A stretch of 64,000 nt of DNA from Sphingobium sp. (GCA_040508785.1 JBEVME010000080.1:481-64480); one strand, 5' to 3'; positions 1 to 10,788 are shown, counted from the first letter of the stretch. The notes: generated by a model from the letters alone, not told the origin. A program made the numbers and translations.

Positions 1-1680
1 AAACTGAAAATCGATGGCGGTCCGGTGACGGCCACGCTTTCCGCCGACTTCTACGATTATAAGGCCAGCGGGCCTGCCATCCACATCACAGGCCTCGTCA
101 ACGGCAACCTGACCAATGTTGCGGACGCGGTGGCGCCCACGGCCGCAAATCCCACAGGTCGCGGCACTTACACGGTCCTGGGCGGCAATCTGGTACGCGA
201 TGTGGCAGCGTCGCTCGGCCTGCCCTATTCAGTCGCCGGGATCAATGCCGCCGCGGCCGTCGTCGCGGGCTATGTCCGTCGCGGCCCTGGTGCGGCGAAG
301 GTCGATTTCTGGGACAGTTTCGGCAATGATCGGGACAATCGGGCGGACAGCAAGGGTGGGAGCGCCTCGCTGAACCTGACCTACGACATATCCGATGCGC
401 TGACGCTGCGATCGATCAGCGGATGGCGCACACTTAACCGGACCGAAAGCCTGGAACTCGACGCGACTCCGTATGATTCCTACGATTCGGACCAGACGAT
501 CGACGGCTATAATCTCTTCAGCCAGGAAGTTCAGTTGCTGGGCAATTCGGGGCCGCTCAAGTGGGTTACGGGTGCCTATATCAGCCGCGAGAAGGGGCAC
601 GATCTCAACATCTCCCTGGCCCTGCCCAATATCAGCGCATCCCAGGGTGTCGTGCCTGCCAATACGTTTGGCGACGTCGTCACCACCAATATAACGCGGG
701 GCATCTTTGCCCAGGGTACCTATGCCCTGACCGACAAGCTCAACCTTACCTTGGGAGGACGGTTCAGTTCCGAGGCGCGAAAGGTCTTCACCCGTGGTCG
801 TCAGGTCCGATCCGGCGTGGAAATCTGTAGTCAGCCCGTAGCGCTGCGGGAGAATCCGGCAACGTGCGGCATTCGCCTGAGCAAGACCTACAGCGATTTC
901 AGCTGGCTGGCATCGCTCGACTATCAGATTCAGCGCGATATCCTCGTCTACGCCAAGGCAGCGCGGGGGGTACGCGCGGGCGGGCATCAGGGACGCGCCA
1001 ACAGCGCAGACCCCGCCAACTACCAGCCCTATGATCCTGAAACCGTCACAGAATATGAGCTGGGATTCAAATCCCTGCTTCTGGGCAACCGGGTAAAGCT
1101 CAATCTGGCCGCCTTCTACGACGACTTCAGCAATGCTCAGCGCTCGATCACGATCAGGACGCTTACAAATTCCTTCAGCCTGATATCCAATGCGGCCAAG
1201 GCGCGGCTTTATGGTTTCGAAGGCGAAGCAAGGGTTCAGATCTTAGAAGGGCTGAGCGTCGGCGCGAATGTCGGCTATCTGAATGCAAGGTACAAGAAGT
1301 TCGTCGATGGTGTGCTGGGCGACCGGTCGAACGAAGAGTGGCCGGCGCCCAAATGGTCCTACTCGCTGAACGGGCAGTATCGCCTGCCCACCGGGTTCGG
1401 GTCGATCGAGACCAATCTCAACTGGAATTTCAAGGGCAAGCAGAATTTCCAGCCGCAGGCGGTGTTCGACGATGACGTCACGCAGAAGGGATATGGGGTG
1501 CTTGACGGCACGATGGCGGCCCGGATCGACGATCTGGACATGGAGGTCAGCTTCTGGGGCCGCAACCTGCTCAACAAGCAATATTATACCAGCGGCGTTT
1601 CGATCGAATCGATCGGCTGGAACATGATGTTGACCGGGGAGCCGCGCACCTTCGGCGCCCAACTGACTAAGCGCTTCTAG
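1..1680 (+). CDS. TonB-dependent receptor, C-terminal part (5' end outside the window)
   Basis: Frame is open from base 1. Barrel motifs YDPETVTEYELGFKS and FWGRNLLNKQY; C-terminal GEPRTFGAQLTKRF ends in Phe. Confidence 0.93.
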   Translation, partial: KLKIDGGPVTATLSADFYDYKASGPAIHITGLVNGNLTNVADAVAPTAANPTGRGTYTVLGGNLVRDVAASLGLPYSVAGINAAAAVVAGYVRRGPGAAKVDFWDSFGNDRDNRADSKGGSASLNLTYDISDALTLRSISGWRTLNRTESLELDATPYDSYDSDQTIDGYNLFSQEVQLLGNSGPLKWVTGAYISREKGHDLNISLALPNISASQGVVPANTFGDVVTTNITRGIFAQGTYALTDKLNLTLGGRFSSEARKVFTRGRQVRSGVEICSQPVALRENPATCGIRLSKTYSDFSWLASLDYQIQRDILVYAKAARGVRAGGHQGRANSADPANYQPYDPETVTEYELGFKSLLLGNRVKLNLAAFYDDFSNAQRSITIRTLTNSFSLISNAAKARLYGFEGEARVQILEGLSVGANVGYLNARYKKFVDGVLGDRSNEEWPAPKWSYSLNGQYRLPTGFGSIETNLNWNFKGKQNFQPQAVFDDDVTQKGYGVLDGTMAARIDDLDMEVSFWGRNLLNKQYYTSGVSIESIGWNMMLTGEPRTFGAQLTKRF

Positions 1681-1776
1681 CGCTGCCGCGCGCTCCCGCG
1701 CCAGGAATAGGATCGAACCATCCCATCCTGGTGCGGAGATTTTTCCACCGACGCATATCGTTAAGTGAAAAGGACA

Positions 1777-2631
1777 ATGGCTGAAATGGCGACGAAGATA
1801 AGGGTCGAGATCGAGCCGATCACGCCGGTGGTGGGTGCGATCATAAGCGGCGTCGATCTCCGCGAAGCGCTGGATCAGGACACTGTCGCGCAATTGCACG
1901 CCGCGGTCCTGAAACATGGTGCCCTGTTCTTCCGCAATCAGGACCTCACCAAGCAGCAGACGACGGCTTTCCTCAAAAATTTTGGTACGCTCACGCTCGA
2001 TCCCTATTCGAAGAACTACAAGGAAGGTGTGCCCGAAGACGAGGCCGTCCGCGATTACGAGACATTCAATGACAATGCCAAGGCGACCCAGTTCTGGCAC
2101 ATTGATTCGACGCTCGGAGAAAAGCCCGCCAACCTGCTCAGCCTGCGCGCGCTGAATTTGCCCGGGTCCGGTGGCGGCGATACTTGCTGGGGCAGCATGT
2201 GCGCAGCCTATGATGCGCTATCGCAGCCGGTGCGCGACATGATCGACGGGCTGGAGGCAGTCCATTCGGATTACCGGACTTACGCCCTCATGGATCCGGC
2301 CTATCGTGACAATCTCAACCGGGGCCTCAGCAATATCCACCCGGTCGTGCGCGTGCATCCGGAAACAGGACGCAAGGCGTTGCTCGTCAATGCGCTCTGG
2401 ACCGAAAAGATCGTCGGCCTCTCGGAGCTGGAAAGCACGAGCATCCTCAACATGCTCTACACCCATGCCGCCCAGCCGGAATTCACGATGCGCTGGCGCT
2501 GGCGCGTCAACGACATGGTGCTGTGGGATAATCGCGCGTTCCAGCATTATGCGGTGCGCGACTATGAGGGCCGCCGGACGCTGGAAAAGGGCATCCTCGC
2601 GGGGGAGCGTCCCTATGGCCCGAAGGGCTGA
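1777..2631 (+). CDS. TauD/TfdA-family Fe(II)/2-oxoglutarate dioxygenase
   Basis: GAIISGVDL, LFFRNQDLT, HxD (WHIDST), HPVVRVHPETGRKAL, LWDNRAFQH. ATG 1777 follows AAGGA. Confidence 0.92.
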   Translation: MAEMATKIRVEIEPITPVVGAIISGVDLREALDQDTVAQLHAAVLKHGALFFRNQDLTKQQTTAFLKNFGTLTLDPYSKNYKEGVPEDEAVRDYETFNDNAKATQFWHIDSTLGEKPANLLSLRALNLPGSGGGDTCWGSMCAAYDALSQPVRDMIDGLEAVHSDYRTYALMDPAYRDNLNRGLSNIHPVVRVHPETGRKALLVNALWTEKIVGLSELESTSILNMLYTHAAQPEFTMRWRWRVNDMVLWDNRAFQHYAVRDYEGRRTLEKGILAGERPYGPKG

Positions 2632-2766
2632 CGCGGGCAACTCTTGTCGATACCATTAGAATGCACCGCCACTTTGATGCGGGGCGAGACCACCGGCTGG
2701 ACAGGTCGGCAAAATAGGTAGAAAGGCGTTCGATCCACCATCTAACGTGACGCAAGAGGCTGGTCC

Positions 2767-4437
2767 GTGAACGGCAAAACCAGGCCTGCCGAATATGAAT
2801 TCCTGCCGCACGAGCGGCCGATGATGCCGGGGTCGCCGGCGACCCCCGATCATCCGACCGGCCGGCGTGTCGGCTATTTCGCGATCGGCCTGCTGCTCAG
2901 CATGACGGGGGGCTTCATCAACGGGCTGCTGACCGCCAATCTGGCACAGATACAGGGCGCGCTGGGCCTGACCAACGTAGAAGCCGGCTGGCTGACAGCA
3001 ATCTATACAATGACCAACGTGTGCATGAGCCTGTTGCTGATCAAATTCCGGCAACAGTTTGGTATCCAGCGCTTTACCCGTGTCATGCTGATTGGATTCC
3101 TGGTCCTGAACCTGTCGCAGCTGTTCGTGCACGGCTACGGCACCGAGCTGATCGTGCGAGCGGGGAGCGGCATCGTCGCCAGTGGCCTATCGACGCTGGC
3201 GCTTTTCTACATCATGCAGTCCATGCCGGCAGCCGCGCGTCTGGCCGGGCTGGTCATCGGTGTCGGGCTGGGTCAGGTGGCACTGCCGCTGGCGCGGGTG
3301 ATATCCCCTGCCCTGCTGGTCCATGGCGACGTCCAGAACCTGTTCCTGTTCGAATTCGGACTGACGCTGATCTGCCTGGCTGCCGTGAGCCTGCTGCGGT
3401 TGCCGCCGAGCGAAAGGGTGCAGGCGTTCGAGCCGCTGGATTTCCTGACCTTCACGCTGATCGCCCCCGGTCTGGCGCTGCTGAGCGCGGTGCTGGTGCA
3501 GGGGCGCATCCAGTGGTGGACCACGCCCTGGCTGGGATGGGCGCTGGCCGGCGCCATCCTGCTGCTGGGCGCTGCCCTCATCGTCGAGCATAACCGCGCC
3601 AATCCGCTGCTCAACACGCGCTGGCTGGGGAGCGCGGCGATCGTCCGCTTCGCCCTGATCGCCGCGAGTATGCGCGTGCTGCTGGGCGAGCAGAATTTCG
3701 GCGCGAGCGGCCTGTTGACCGTGCTCGGCATGGGACAGGACCAGCTGGTCTCCTTCTACGTCGTCGTGACGCTGGCATCGATCGCTGGCGTCATCGTCAG
3801 CGTGCTGATACTCAATCCGACGGATCTCATCCGCCCGGTCGTATTTTCCTGCGGCCTGATCGCTCTAGCCGCGTTTCTCGATGCCGATGCCAGCAATATC
3901 ACTCGCCCTGCGCAGCTTTACGTGACCCAGGCCTTGATCGCCTTCGCTGCCGTATACTTCATGGGACCGACGATGATGACCGGCATCCTGCGCGCGCTGG
4001 CCAAAGGTCCGAGCCATCTCGTCAGCTTCTCGGCCATTTTCGGCATATCCCAGCAGCTGGGCGGGATCGGCGGCGCGGCGCTGCTGGGCTCATTCCAGAC
4101 GATGCGCGAACGCTTTCATTCGGAGATGCTGACGCAGGGCATCGTCGCGACTGACCCGCAGGTGGCTTTGCGCTTGCAGCAGCTGGGTGGTAGCTACGCC
4201 CGCGTTCTCGGGGACCCGGCGCTGCGCCAGGCGGAGGGCATCGCACTGCAATCCCAGCTGATCACGCGGGAAGCGAACATCCTGGCCTTCAACGACGTGT
4301 TTCTGCTGGTCGGATCGCTGGCCACTTTTGGCTTCGTCTATCTGTTATGGCGCTGGGCCTATTATCAATGGAAGGGTGTGAACCCGCTGGCAACCGAGCT
4401 CGCGGCGCTCGCAGCGATGAGGAACAAGACCGCTTGA
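2767..4437 (+). CDS. MFS efflux permease (EmrB/DHA2-like)
   Basis: Many hydrophobic helices; C-terminal REANILAFNDVF; first gene of an operon with HlyD and OMF genes. Confidence 0.88.
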   Translation: MNGKTRPAEYEFLPHERPMMPGSPATPDHPTGRRVGYFAIGLLLSMTGGFINGLLTANLAQIQGALGLTNVEAGWLTAIYTMTNVCMSLLLIKFRQQFGIQRFTRVMLIGFLVLNLSQLFVHGYGTELIVRAGSGIVASGLSTLALFYIMQSMPAAARLAGLVIGVGLGQVALPLARVISPALLVHGDVQNLFLFEFGLTLICLAAVSLLRLPPSERVQAFEPLDFLTFTLIAPGLALLSAVLVQGRIQWWTTPWLGWALAGAILLLGAALIVEHNRANPLLNTRWLGSAAIVRFALIAASMRVLLGEQNFGASGLLTVLGMGQDQLVSFYVVVTLASIAGVIVSVLILNPTDLIRPVVFSCGLIALAAFLDADASNITRPAQLYVTQALIAFAAVYFMGPTMMTGILRALAKGPSHLVSFSAIFGISQQLGGIGGAALLGSFQTMRERFHSEMLTQGIVATDPQVALRLQQLGGSYARVLGDPALRQAEGIALQSQLITREANILAFNDVFLLVGSLATFGFVYLLWRWAYYQWKGVNPLATELAALAAMRNKTA

Positions 4438-5597
4438 GCCAGCCGCCGCCCCGTGTCCCCGCAGAAGGGGAAAGACTGGAGGACCCTGTCGAAGTGCCGC
4501 CCGCACCCGAGCCATTGCCGGAGCCACAGCGGGGCTGGGCGCCACCCCGCGCCAATCGGTCCGTGATGATCCTTACGGTCCTGTTCATGATAGCGGGCAT
4601 CTTGCTGGTGCTCTACGCCTGGGGGTTGCCGCCCTTTTCCACGGCGATGCAGACGACCGACAACGCCTATGTACGCGGCCAGACCACCGTGATCTCTCCT
4701 CAGGTCTCGGGCTATGTTACGCAGGTGGCGGTGCAGGATTATGAGCAGGTACGCAAAGGCCAGATTCTGGCCCGGATCGATGACCGCATCTATCGCCAGC
4801 GCGTCGATCAGGCACAGGCACAGCTGGCGGCCCAGATTGCGAACCTAGACAACAGCCAGCAGAGCCAGCGCTCGAGCGAAGCGCAACTGGGCGGGCAGGC
4901 CGCCAACGTCGCCAACGCCCAGGCTCAGCTGAAGCGCGCGCAGGCGGACATGGCAAGGGTCGATGAGCTGGTCGGCGAGGGATCGATATCGATCCGCGAG
5001 CGCGATCAGACCTTCGCTGCGCTGAAGGGCGCCCAGGCCGCTGTCGCGCAGGCGGAGGCGCAGCGCACGGTCGCCAGCGAGCAGATCCGGACCGTGACGG
5101 TCGGTCGCGGCGGGCTGACGGCGGCGGTCGCAGCGGCGCGAGCGTCGCTGAGGCTGGCGGAAATCGACCTTGCCAACACCGTCATCCGCGCGCCGCAGGA
5201 CGGCCGGCTCGGCGAGGTCGGCGTGCGACTGGGACAATATGTGACCGCGGGATCGCAGCTGACTTTCCTGGTACCACCGCTGGTGTGGGTCGCGGCCAAT
5301 TTCAAGGAGGCACAGACCGCCCACATGGCGCCTGGCCAGTCCGCGCGGCTGAGCGTCGACGCGCTGGGCGGCGAGATAATCCACGGACGGATCGAGCGGC
5401 TGGCGCCTGCGGCCGGCAGCGAATTCCAGATCATCAAGTCCGACAATGCCACCGGCAATTTCGTCAAGGTGCCCCAGCGCATCACCGTGCGGATCGCGCC
5501 TGATCGGCGCGACCCGCTCTATCCGCGCCTGCGCCCCGGCATGTCGGTGGAAGCGAAGATCGACACCGCCAGCGGCCCGGTGACACAGAACCGATGA
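4434..5597 (+). CDS. HlyD/EmrA-family membrane fusion protein
   Basis: TTDNAYVRG, ISPQVSGYV, TVIRAPQDG, ANFKE, NATGNFVKVPQR. The TTG start overlapping the upstream stop (TTGA) is inferred. Confidence 0.9.
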   Translation: MSQPPPRVPAEGERLEDPVEVPPAPEPLPEPQRGWAPPRANRSVMILTVLFMIAGILLVLYAWGLPPFSTAMQTTDNAYVRGQTTVISPQVSGYVTQVAVQDYEQVRKGQILARIDDRIYRQRVDQAQAQLAAQIANLDNSQQSQRSSEAQLGGQAANVANAQAQLKRAQADMARVDELVGEGSISIRERDQTFAALKGAQAAVAQAEAQRTVASEQIRTVTVGRGGLTAAVAAARASLRLAEIDLANTVIRAPQDGRLGEVGVRLGQYVTAGSQLTFLVPPLVWVAANFKEAQTAHMAPGQSARLSVDALGGEIIHGRIERLAPAAGSEFQIIKSDNATGNFVKVPQRITVRIAPDRRDPLYPRLRPGMSVEAKIDTASGPVTQNR

Positions 5598-6967
5598 TGC
5601 GCGGAATCACGCCATTGCTCGCCCTGGCCTGCATCGCGGTGACCGGATGCACTGTGCCCGCCACGCCCCGGCCCGAGGGCGCGATCGTGGTCGCCCCGGC
5701 CGACTGGCGCGGGGCGGACGGCGGCGCGGCGGTCCAGGCCGACTGGTGGCGCAGCTTCGGCGACGCCCAGCTGGCGCGGCTGGTCGATATGGCACTGGCG
5801 CGTAATGTGGATATTGCGATAGCGGCCGCGCGTGTGCGCGAGGCAAGGGCGCAGCTGGGAGTGGCTCGGGCAGCGCTGTTGCCCACGCTCGACGCGAGCG
5901 TCGGCGCGAGCCATAGCCGATCGGTGAGTGCCTTTGGCACGCCGAGCGAGGGCAGCGCGGTGCAGCCGGTCATTCAGGCCGCCTATGAGGTCGATCTGTT
6001 CGGCCGTGTCGGCGATCAGTTATCGGCGGCGCGGGACAGCTGGCTGGCCAGCGCAGCGGCTCGGGACTCAGCGCAGCTCAGCGTGGCAGCCGCCATGGCA
6101 TCGGCCTATGTCACGCTGCTCGCGCTGGATGGCCGCCGCGCCGTGGTGCAGCAGACCATCGCATCCAGAAGCGAAGCCTTGCGGCTTGCGCGGTCGCGCG
6201 CTGGTGCTGGCTACACGTCCCAGCTGGAATTGCGCCAGGCGGAAGCGGAATATCAGGGAACCGCAACGCTGCTTCCCCAGGTGGATCAGGCGATCGCGCG
6301 GACCGAAAATGCATTGCGGCTGTTGACCGGCGAGCTGCCCGGCGCGGTGGTTCGCGCCGGCACGCTCGCAGACTTGACCGCCCCCGCCCTGCCCGATGCC
6401 GGCGTGCCCTCGCAGCTGGTGCGGCGCCGGCCGGACATTGCCCAGGCCGAATTATTGCTCGCTGCCAGCGACAAGAGCTTGTCGGCCGCACGCAAGCAGT
6501 TCCTCCCCAGCCTGCGCCTGTCGGCCTCGGCGGGGGCGACATTCGCAACCGGTCTTCCAGACCCGGTCACGATCTGGAGCCTGGGCGGCAGTATCCTGGC
6601 ACCGCTGTTCGATGGCGGGCGCCTGCGGGCAAATGTCGAGGGTGCGGCGGCACGGCGCGATCAAGCCGCCTTCACCTATAGGAAGGCCGCCCTGACGGCC
6701 TTTCGCGAGGTGGAGGACGCGCTGGCTGCCATTTCATCCCTGGCGCGGCAGCGCAGCGCGGCGGAAACCCAGCGCGCCGCCATCGCCGAAGCGCTGCGCC
6801 ATGCCACCAATCGCTATCGCGCCGGCTATAGCAGCTATCTCGATCAACTCGATGCTCAGCGCGCGCTGCTGTCGGCCGATCTTTCTCTGGTGCAGCTGCG
6901 CGCGGACCAGCTGACGGCACTGGTCACGCTTTACCAGGTGCTCGGGGGGGGCTGGACAGCCGGATAA
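5594..6967 (+). CDS. NodT/OprM-family outer-membrane efflux lipoprotein
   Basis: Lipobox VTGC; WWRSFGD, YEVDLFG, RRPDIAQAE, AFREVEDAL, LYQVLGGGW. Confidence 0.93.
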   Translation: MMRGITPLLALACIAVTGCTVPATPRPEGAIVVAPADWRGADGGAAVQADWWRSFGDAQLARLVDMALARNVDIAIAAARVREARAQLGVARAALLPTLDASVGASHSRSVSAFGTPSEGSAVQPVIQAAYEVDLFGRVGDQLSAARDSWLASAAARDSAQLSVAAAMASAYVTLLALDGRRAVVQQTIASRSEALRLARSRAGAGYTSQLELRQAEAEYQGTATLLPQVDQAIARTENALRLLTGELPGAVVRAGTLADLTAPALPDAGVPSQLVRRRPDIAQAELLLAASDKSLSAARKQFLPSLRLSASAGATFATGLPDPVTIWSLGGSILAPLFDGGRLRANVEGAAARRDQAAFTYRKAALTAFREVEDALAAISSLARQRSAAETQRAAIAEALRHATNRYRAGYSSYLDQLDAQRALLSADLSLVQLRADQLTALVTLYQVLGGGWTAG

Positions 6968-7003
6968 TGCTGTCGCGACGATGGCCCGGCAGGTCAGCCG
7001 GGC

Positions 7004-7888
7004 CTACAAACCCGTCAAGAGCGGCTGCTGCTGCTCTATCAGATGCGTCAGCCAGTCCGTGAAGGCGCGGATACGCGGCAAGGCGCGCGTGTCCTGATGC
7101 ATGACCAGCCAGAAGCTGCGTTCGATCCGCACTGCCGGAAGGACCCGCACCAGCGCTGCGTCGGCGTCGCCCATGAAGCAAGGCAGAACCGCGACGCCGC
7201 CGCCAGCCCGGGTGATCCGATGCTGCGCGCTGATGCTTGTGGAGCGCAGTCTCGGCTCGATATCCAGGTCGAGTTCGTCCAGATAGCGCAGTTCGGGCGC
7301 GTAGAGCAGATCAGTGACATAGCCGACCAGATGCTGGCCGCGCAGATCGGCCGTCGTCTCGATCGGCGGGTGCGCGGCCAGATAGCCAGGCGTGGCGTAC
7401 AGGCGCAGACCGTAATCGGTGAGCTTGCGCACGATCAGCGGTCCGCGCCGGGGGCGTGCGAGCAGGATCGCCAGGTCGGTCTCGCGCTTGGTGGGGTTGA
7501 GAAATCCGGTGCTAGCCGCCAGATCGACAGTGACGCCCGGATAGGCATCGGCAAAGGCCGGCAGGTTGGGTGCGATGAACCAGCTGCCCAGGCCTTCGGA
7601 TGCGCTGGCGCGCACCAGCCCTTCGGGCCGGCTGGCGCCGAGTTCCGAACCCTGTATCTGCTGCATGGACCTGTCCATATTCTCTGCGCGCAGCATCAGC
7701 CGTTCGCCTGCGGCCGTCAGCCGCTGGCCGTCGCGCTGCTGTTCGAACAGGACCTGGCCCAGCGATTTCTCCAGCCGGCGCAGACGACGCCCGACCGTGG
7801 TGGCGTCCAAGCCCAGTCGCGGCGCTGCCCGCGCGATCTGACCGCCGCGCGCGACCTCCAGGAATATTCGCAAATCATCCCAATTCAT
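7004..7888 (-). CDS. LysR-family regulator, divergent from mmsA
   Basis: MNWDDLRIFLEVAR HTH; TTVGRRLRRLE; 294 aa. Confidence 0.93.
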   Translation of the reverse strand: MNWDDLRIFLEVARGGQIARAAPRLGLDATTVGRRLRRLEKSLGQVLFEQQRDGQRLTAAGERLMLRAENMDRSMQQIQGSELGASRPEGLVRASASEGLGSWFIAPNLPAFADAYPGVTVDLAASTGFLNPTKRETDLAILLARPRRGPLIVRKLTDYGLRLYATPGYLAAHPPIETTADLRGQHLVGYVTDLLYAPELRYLDELDLDIEPRLRSTSISAQHRITRAGGGVAVLPCFMGDADAALVRVLPAVRIERSFWLVMHQDTRALPRIRAFTDWLTHLIEQQQPLLTGL

Positions 7889-7987
7889 TCACCTGCATAT
7901 ATGCAGGCCTAAGCTGCACGTCGATAGGTACTATTGCATCCTGCACCGACATGGGGGACACCCGTTCCAACTTGCAGGAGAGACGGA

Positions 7988-9490
7988 ATGGCGACCCTAC
8001 CCGACATCGGCCACATCATCGCCGGTGGGGCTGCGCCCGAAGCGAAGCGCTTTGGCGAAGTGTTCGATCCCAATAGCGGGCAGGTGCAAAGGCGCGTTCC
8101 GCTGGGCGACGCCGCGCTGCTGGACCGTGTCGTACAGGCCGCCAAGCAGGCACAGCCGGCCTGGGCGGCGACCAATCCGCAACGCCGCGCCCGTATCATG
8201 TTCAACTTCAAGGCGCTGGTCGAGGCGCATATCGACGAGCTTGCCCATCTGCTCTCATCCGAGCATGGCAAGGTGATCGCGGACTCGAAGGGCGACATCC
8301 AGCGCGGGCTGGAGGTGGTCGAGTTCGCTTGCGGCATCCCTCACCTCCTCAAAGGCGAATTTAGCCAGGGTGCCGGCCCCGGTATCGACGTCTACTCCAT
8401 GCGACAGCCGGTCGGCATCGGCGCTGGCATAACGCCATTCAACTTCCCCGGCATGATCCCGCTGTGGATGGGATCGGTCGCGGTCGCGTGCGGCAACGCC
8501 TTCATCCTCAAGCCTTCAGAGCGCGACCCGTCCGTGCCGGTGCGCCTGGCCGAACTGTTCCTGGAGGCAGGCCTGCCCGACGCGCTGTTCCAGTGCGTTC
8601 ATGGCGACAAGGAAATGGTCGACGCGATATTGGACCATCCCGATATCAAGGCCGTCAGCTTTGTCGGATCGTCGGACATCGCCCATTATGTCTACAGCCG
8701 CGGCGTTGCCGCCGGCAAGCGCGTGCAGGCCATGGGCGGCGCGAAGAACCATGGCATCGTCCTGCCCGATGCGGATCTGGACCAGACCGTGGCGGACCTG
8801 TGCGGCGCGGCTTTCGGCTCGGCCGGAGAACGCTGCATGGCGCTGCCTGTCGTCGTGCCGGTCGGGGAGAAGACGGCGATCGCGTTGCGCGATAAGTTGG
8901 TTCCCGCCATCGATGCGCTGCGGGTCGGCGTGTCGACGGACAAGGATGCCCATTATGGCCCCGTCGTGACCGCCGCGCACAAGCAGAAGATCGAGAACTG
9001 GATCCAGACGGGCGTCGACGAGGGCGCGGAGCTGGTGGTGGACGGCCGCAACTTCACGCTGCAAGGCCATGAGCAGGGCTTTTTCGTCGGCCCGTCGCTG
9101 TTCGATCATGTCACACCGGACATGTCCGCCTACAAGGAAGAGATATTCGGCCCCGTGCTGCAGATCGTGCGGGCGGCGAGCTTCGAGGAGGCGCTCGCAC
9201 TGCCCAGCCAACATCAATATGGCAATGGCGTCGCCATCTTCACCCGCAATGGCCACGCCGCGCGCGAATTCGCCAGCCGGGTCGAAGTCGGCATGGTCGG
9301 CATCAACGTGCCTATTCCCGTCCCTGTCGCCTACCACAGCTTCGGCGGTTGGAAGCGGTCCGGCTTCGGCGACCATAATCAGCACGGGATGGAGGGCGTC
9401 CGCTTCTGGACCAAAGTCAAGACGATCACCCAACGCTGGCCCGATGGCGGCGCGGGCGACAGCGCCTTCATCATTCCGACCATGGGCTGA
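7988..9490 (+). CDS. mmsA: CoA-acylating methylmalonate-semialdehyde dehydrogenase
   Basis: ITPFNFPGMIP, LKPSERDP, GGAKNH, FGSAGERCMA, GINVPIPVP. Confidence 0.95.
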   Translation: MATLPDIGHIIAGGAAPEAKRFGEVFDPNSGQVQRRVPLGDAALLDRVVQAAKQAQPAWAATNPQRRARIMFNFKALVEAHIDELAHLLSSEHGKVIADSKGDIQRGLEVVEFACGIPHLLKGEFSQGAGPGIDVYSMRQPVGIGAGITPFNFPGMIPLWMGSVAVACGNAFILKPSERDPSVPVRLAELFLEAGLPDALFQCVHGDKEMVDAILDHPDIKAVSFVGSSDIAHYVYSRGVAAGKRVQAMGGAKNHGIVLPDADLDQTVADLCGAAFGSAGERCMALPVVVPVGEKTAIALRDKLVPAIDALRVGVSTDKDAHYGPVVTAAHKQKIENWIQTGVDEGAELVVDGRNFTLQGHEQGFFVGPSLFDHVTPDMSAYKEEIFGPVLQIVRAASFEEALALPSQHQYGNGVAIFTRNGHAAREFASRVEVGMVGINVPIPVPVAYHSFGGWKRSGFGDHNQHGMEGVRFWTKVKTITQRWPDGGAGDSAFIIPTMG

Positions 9491-9511
9491 AACAAGAACG
9501 GACAGGCTTAG

Positions 9512-10657
9512 ATGATCGACCAGTTCGGCCTGAGCGACGACCAGTGTGCCATTCAGGAGATGGCGCAGCGGTTCACCGCAGACGCCGTCACCCCGTTCGC
9601 CAGCCAATGGGACGAGGATCATGTCTTCCCCCGTGCCACGGTGAAGGCAGCGGCTGCACTTGGGTTCGGCGGCATCTATGTCTCCGAAGCGGGCGGAGGT
9701 ATCGGCCTTGGCCGACTGGAGGCGGCGCTCATCATGGAGGCGCTGGCCTATGGCTGTCCCTCGACCAGCGCCTTCATTTCTATCCACAATATGGCCGCCT
9801 GGATGATCGACAGCTTCGGTGACACAGCCGTCCGGAGGGCATATCTGCCCGATCTCGTCAGTTGCGACAGGCTGGCCAGCTATTGCCTGACCGAGCCGGG
9901 CGCGGGATCGGACGCCGCGAGCCTGAAGACCAGGGCCGAGCGCGAAGGCGATCATTATGTCGTCACCGGGTCGAAGGCTTTCATATCGGGCGGCGGCGTC
10001 AACGAAGTCTATGTCACGATGGTTCGTACAGGCGGCGATGGCGCAGATGGCATTTCCTGCCTCGTCATCGAAAGGGACATGGATGGCGTCAGCTTCGGCG
10101 CCCAGGAACGGAAGCTCGGCTGGAACACGCAGCCTACGGCCCAGGTCAATTTCGACGGCGTGCGCGTGCCGGTCGGCAATCTGCTGGGCAAGGAAGGCGA
10201 CGGCTTCAAAATCGCAATGAAAGGGCTGGACGGGGGACGACTCAACATCGGCGCGTGTTCGCTCGGCGGGGGACAGCGCGCGCTCGACGCCAGCATAGCC
10301 TATGTGAAGGAACGCCGGCAGTTCGGCAGGACTATCGCCGAGTTCCAGAATACGCAGTTCACGCTGGCCGATATGGAGACGGAATTGCAGGCGGCCCGCG
10401 CGCTGCTCTATCTCGCCGCCGCCAAGGTGACGGCCGACGCGCCGAACAAGACCCGCTTCGCCGCCATGGCAAAGCGTCTGGCCACCGACACCGGCTACTC
10501 GGTGGCGGATCGCGCGCTGCAACTGCATGGCGGCTACGGCTATCTCAAGGACTACCCCATCGAAAAGATTCTGCGGGACCTGCGCGTCCACCGCATATTG
10601 GAAGGCACGAACGAGGTCATGCGCATGATCGTCGGCCGCGATGTGGTGCGGCCATGA
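9512..10657 (+). CDS. Acyl-CoA dehydrogenase (isobutyryl-CoA dehydrogenase-like)
   Basis: SYCLTEPGAGSDA, GSKAFISG, LQLHGGYGY, RVHRILEGTNE; lies in the mms operon. Confidence 0.92.
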   Translation: MIDQFGLSDDQCAIQEMAQRFTADAVTPFASQWDEDHVFPRATVKAAAALGFGGIYVSEAGGGIGLGRLEAALIMEALAYGCPSTSAFISIHNMAAWMIDSFGDTAVRRAYLPDLVSCDRLASYCLTEPGAGSDAASLKTRAEREGDHYVVTGSKAFISGGGVNEVYVTMVRTGGDGADGISCLVIERDMDGVSFGAQERKLGWNTQPTAQVNFDGVRVPVGNLLGKEGDGFKIAMKGLDGGRLNIGACSLGGGQRALDASIAYVKERRQFGRTIAEFQNTQFTLADMETELQAARALLYLAAAKVTADAPNKTRFAAMAKRLATDTGYSVADRALQLHGGYGYLKDYPIEKILRDLRVHRILEGTNEVMRMIVGRDVVRP

Positions 10658-10710
10658 GCGGCGAGGTCATCGTCAACAAGAGGGACGGCGCGGCCCGGAT
10701 CAGGCTGTAA
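10654..10710 (+). pseudogene. 18-codon stub of an enoyl-CoA hydratase / 3-hydroxyisobutyryl-CoA hydrolase gene
   Basis: ATGA overlap with the ACAD stop. MSGEVIVNKRDGAARIRL* resembles a crotonase N-terminus and breaks just before the expected NRP. Confidence 0.6.
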
Positions 10711-10788
10711 GAGGAACGATCCTGACAGGTCCCCAACGGCGACCGGGATGAATATGGCTGCTTCCGGACGGAGGCGTGGAGGCTTGCG

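Noticed and set aside
8516-10591. 691-aa minus-strand ORF
   Set aside because: Antisense shadow of mmsA/ACAD with no motifs; expected in high-GC DNA.
9862-10710. 282-aa ORF overlapping the ACAD gene
   Set aside because: Alternative frame; only the last 18 codons look gene-like.
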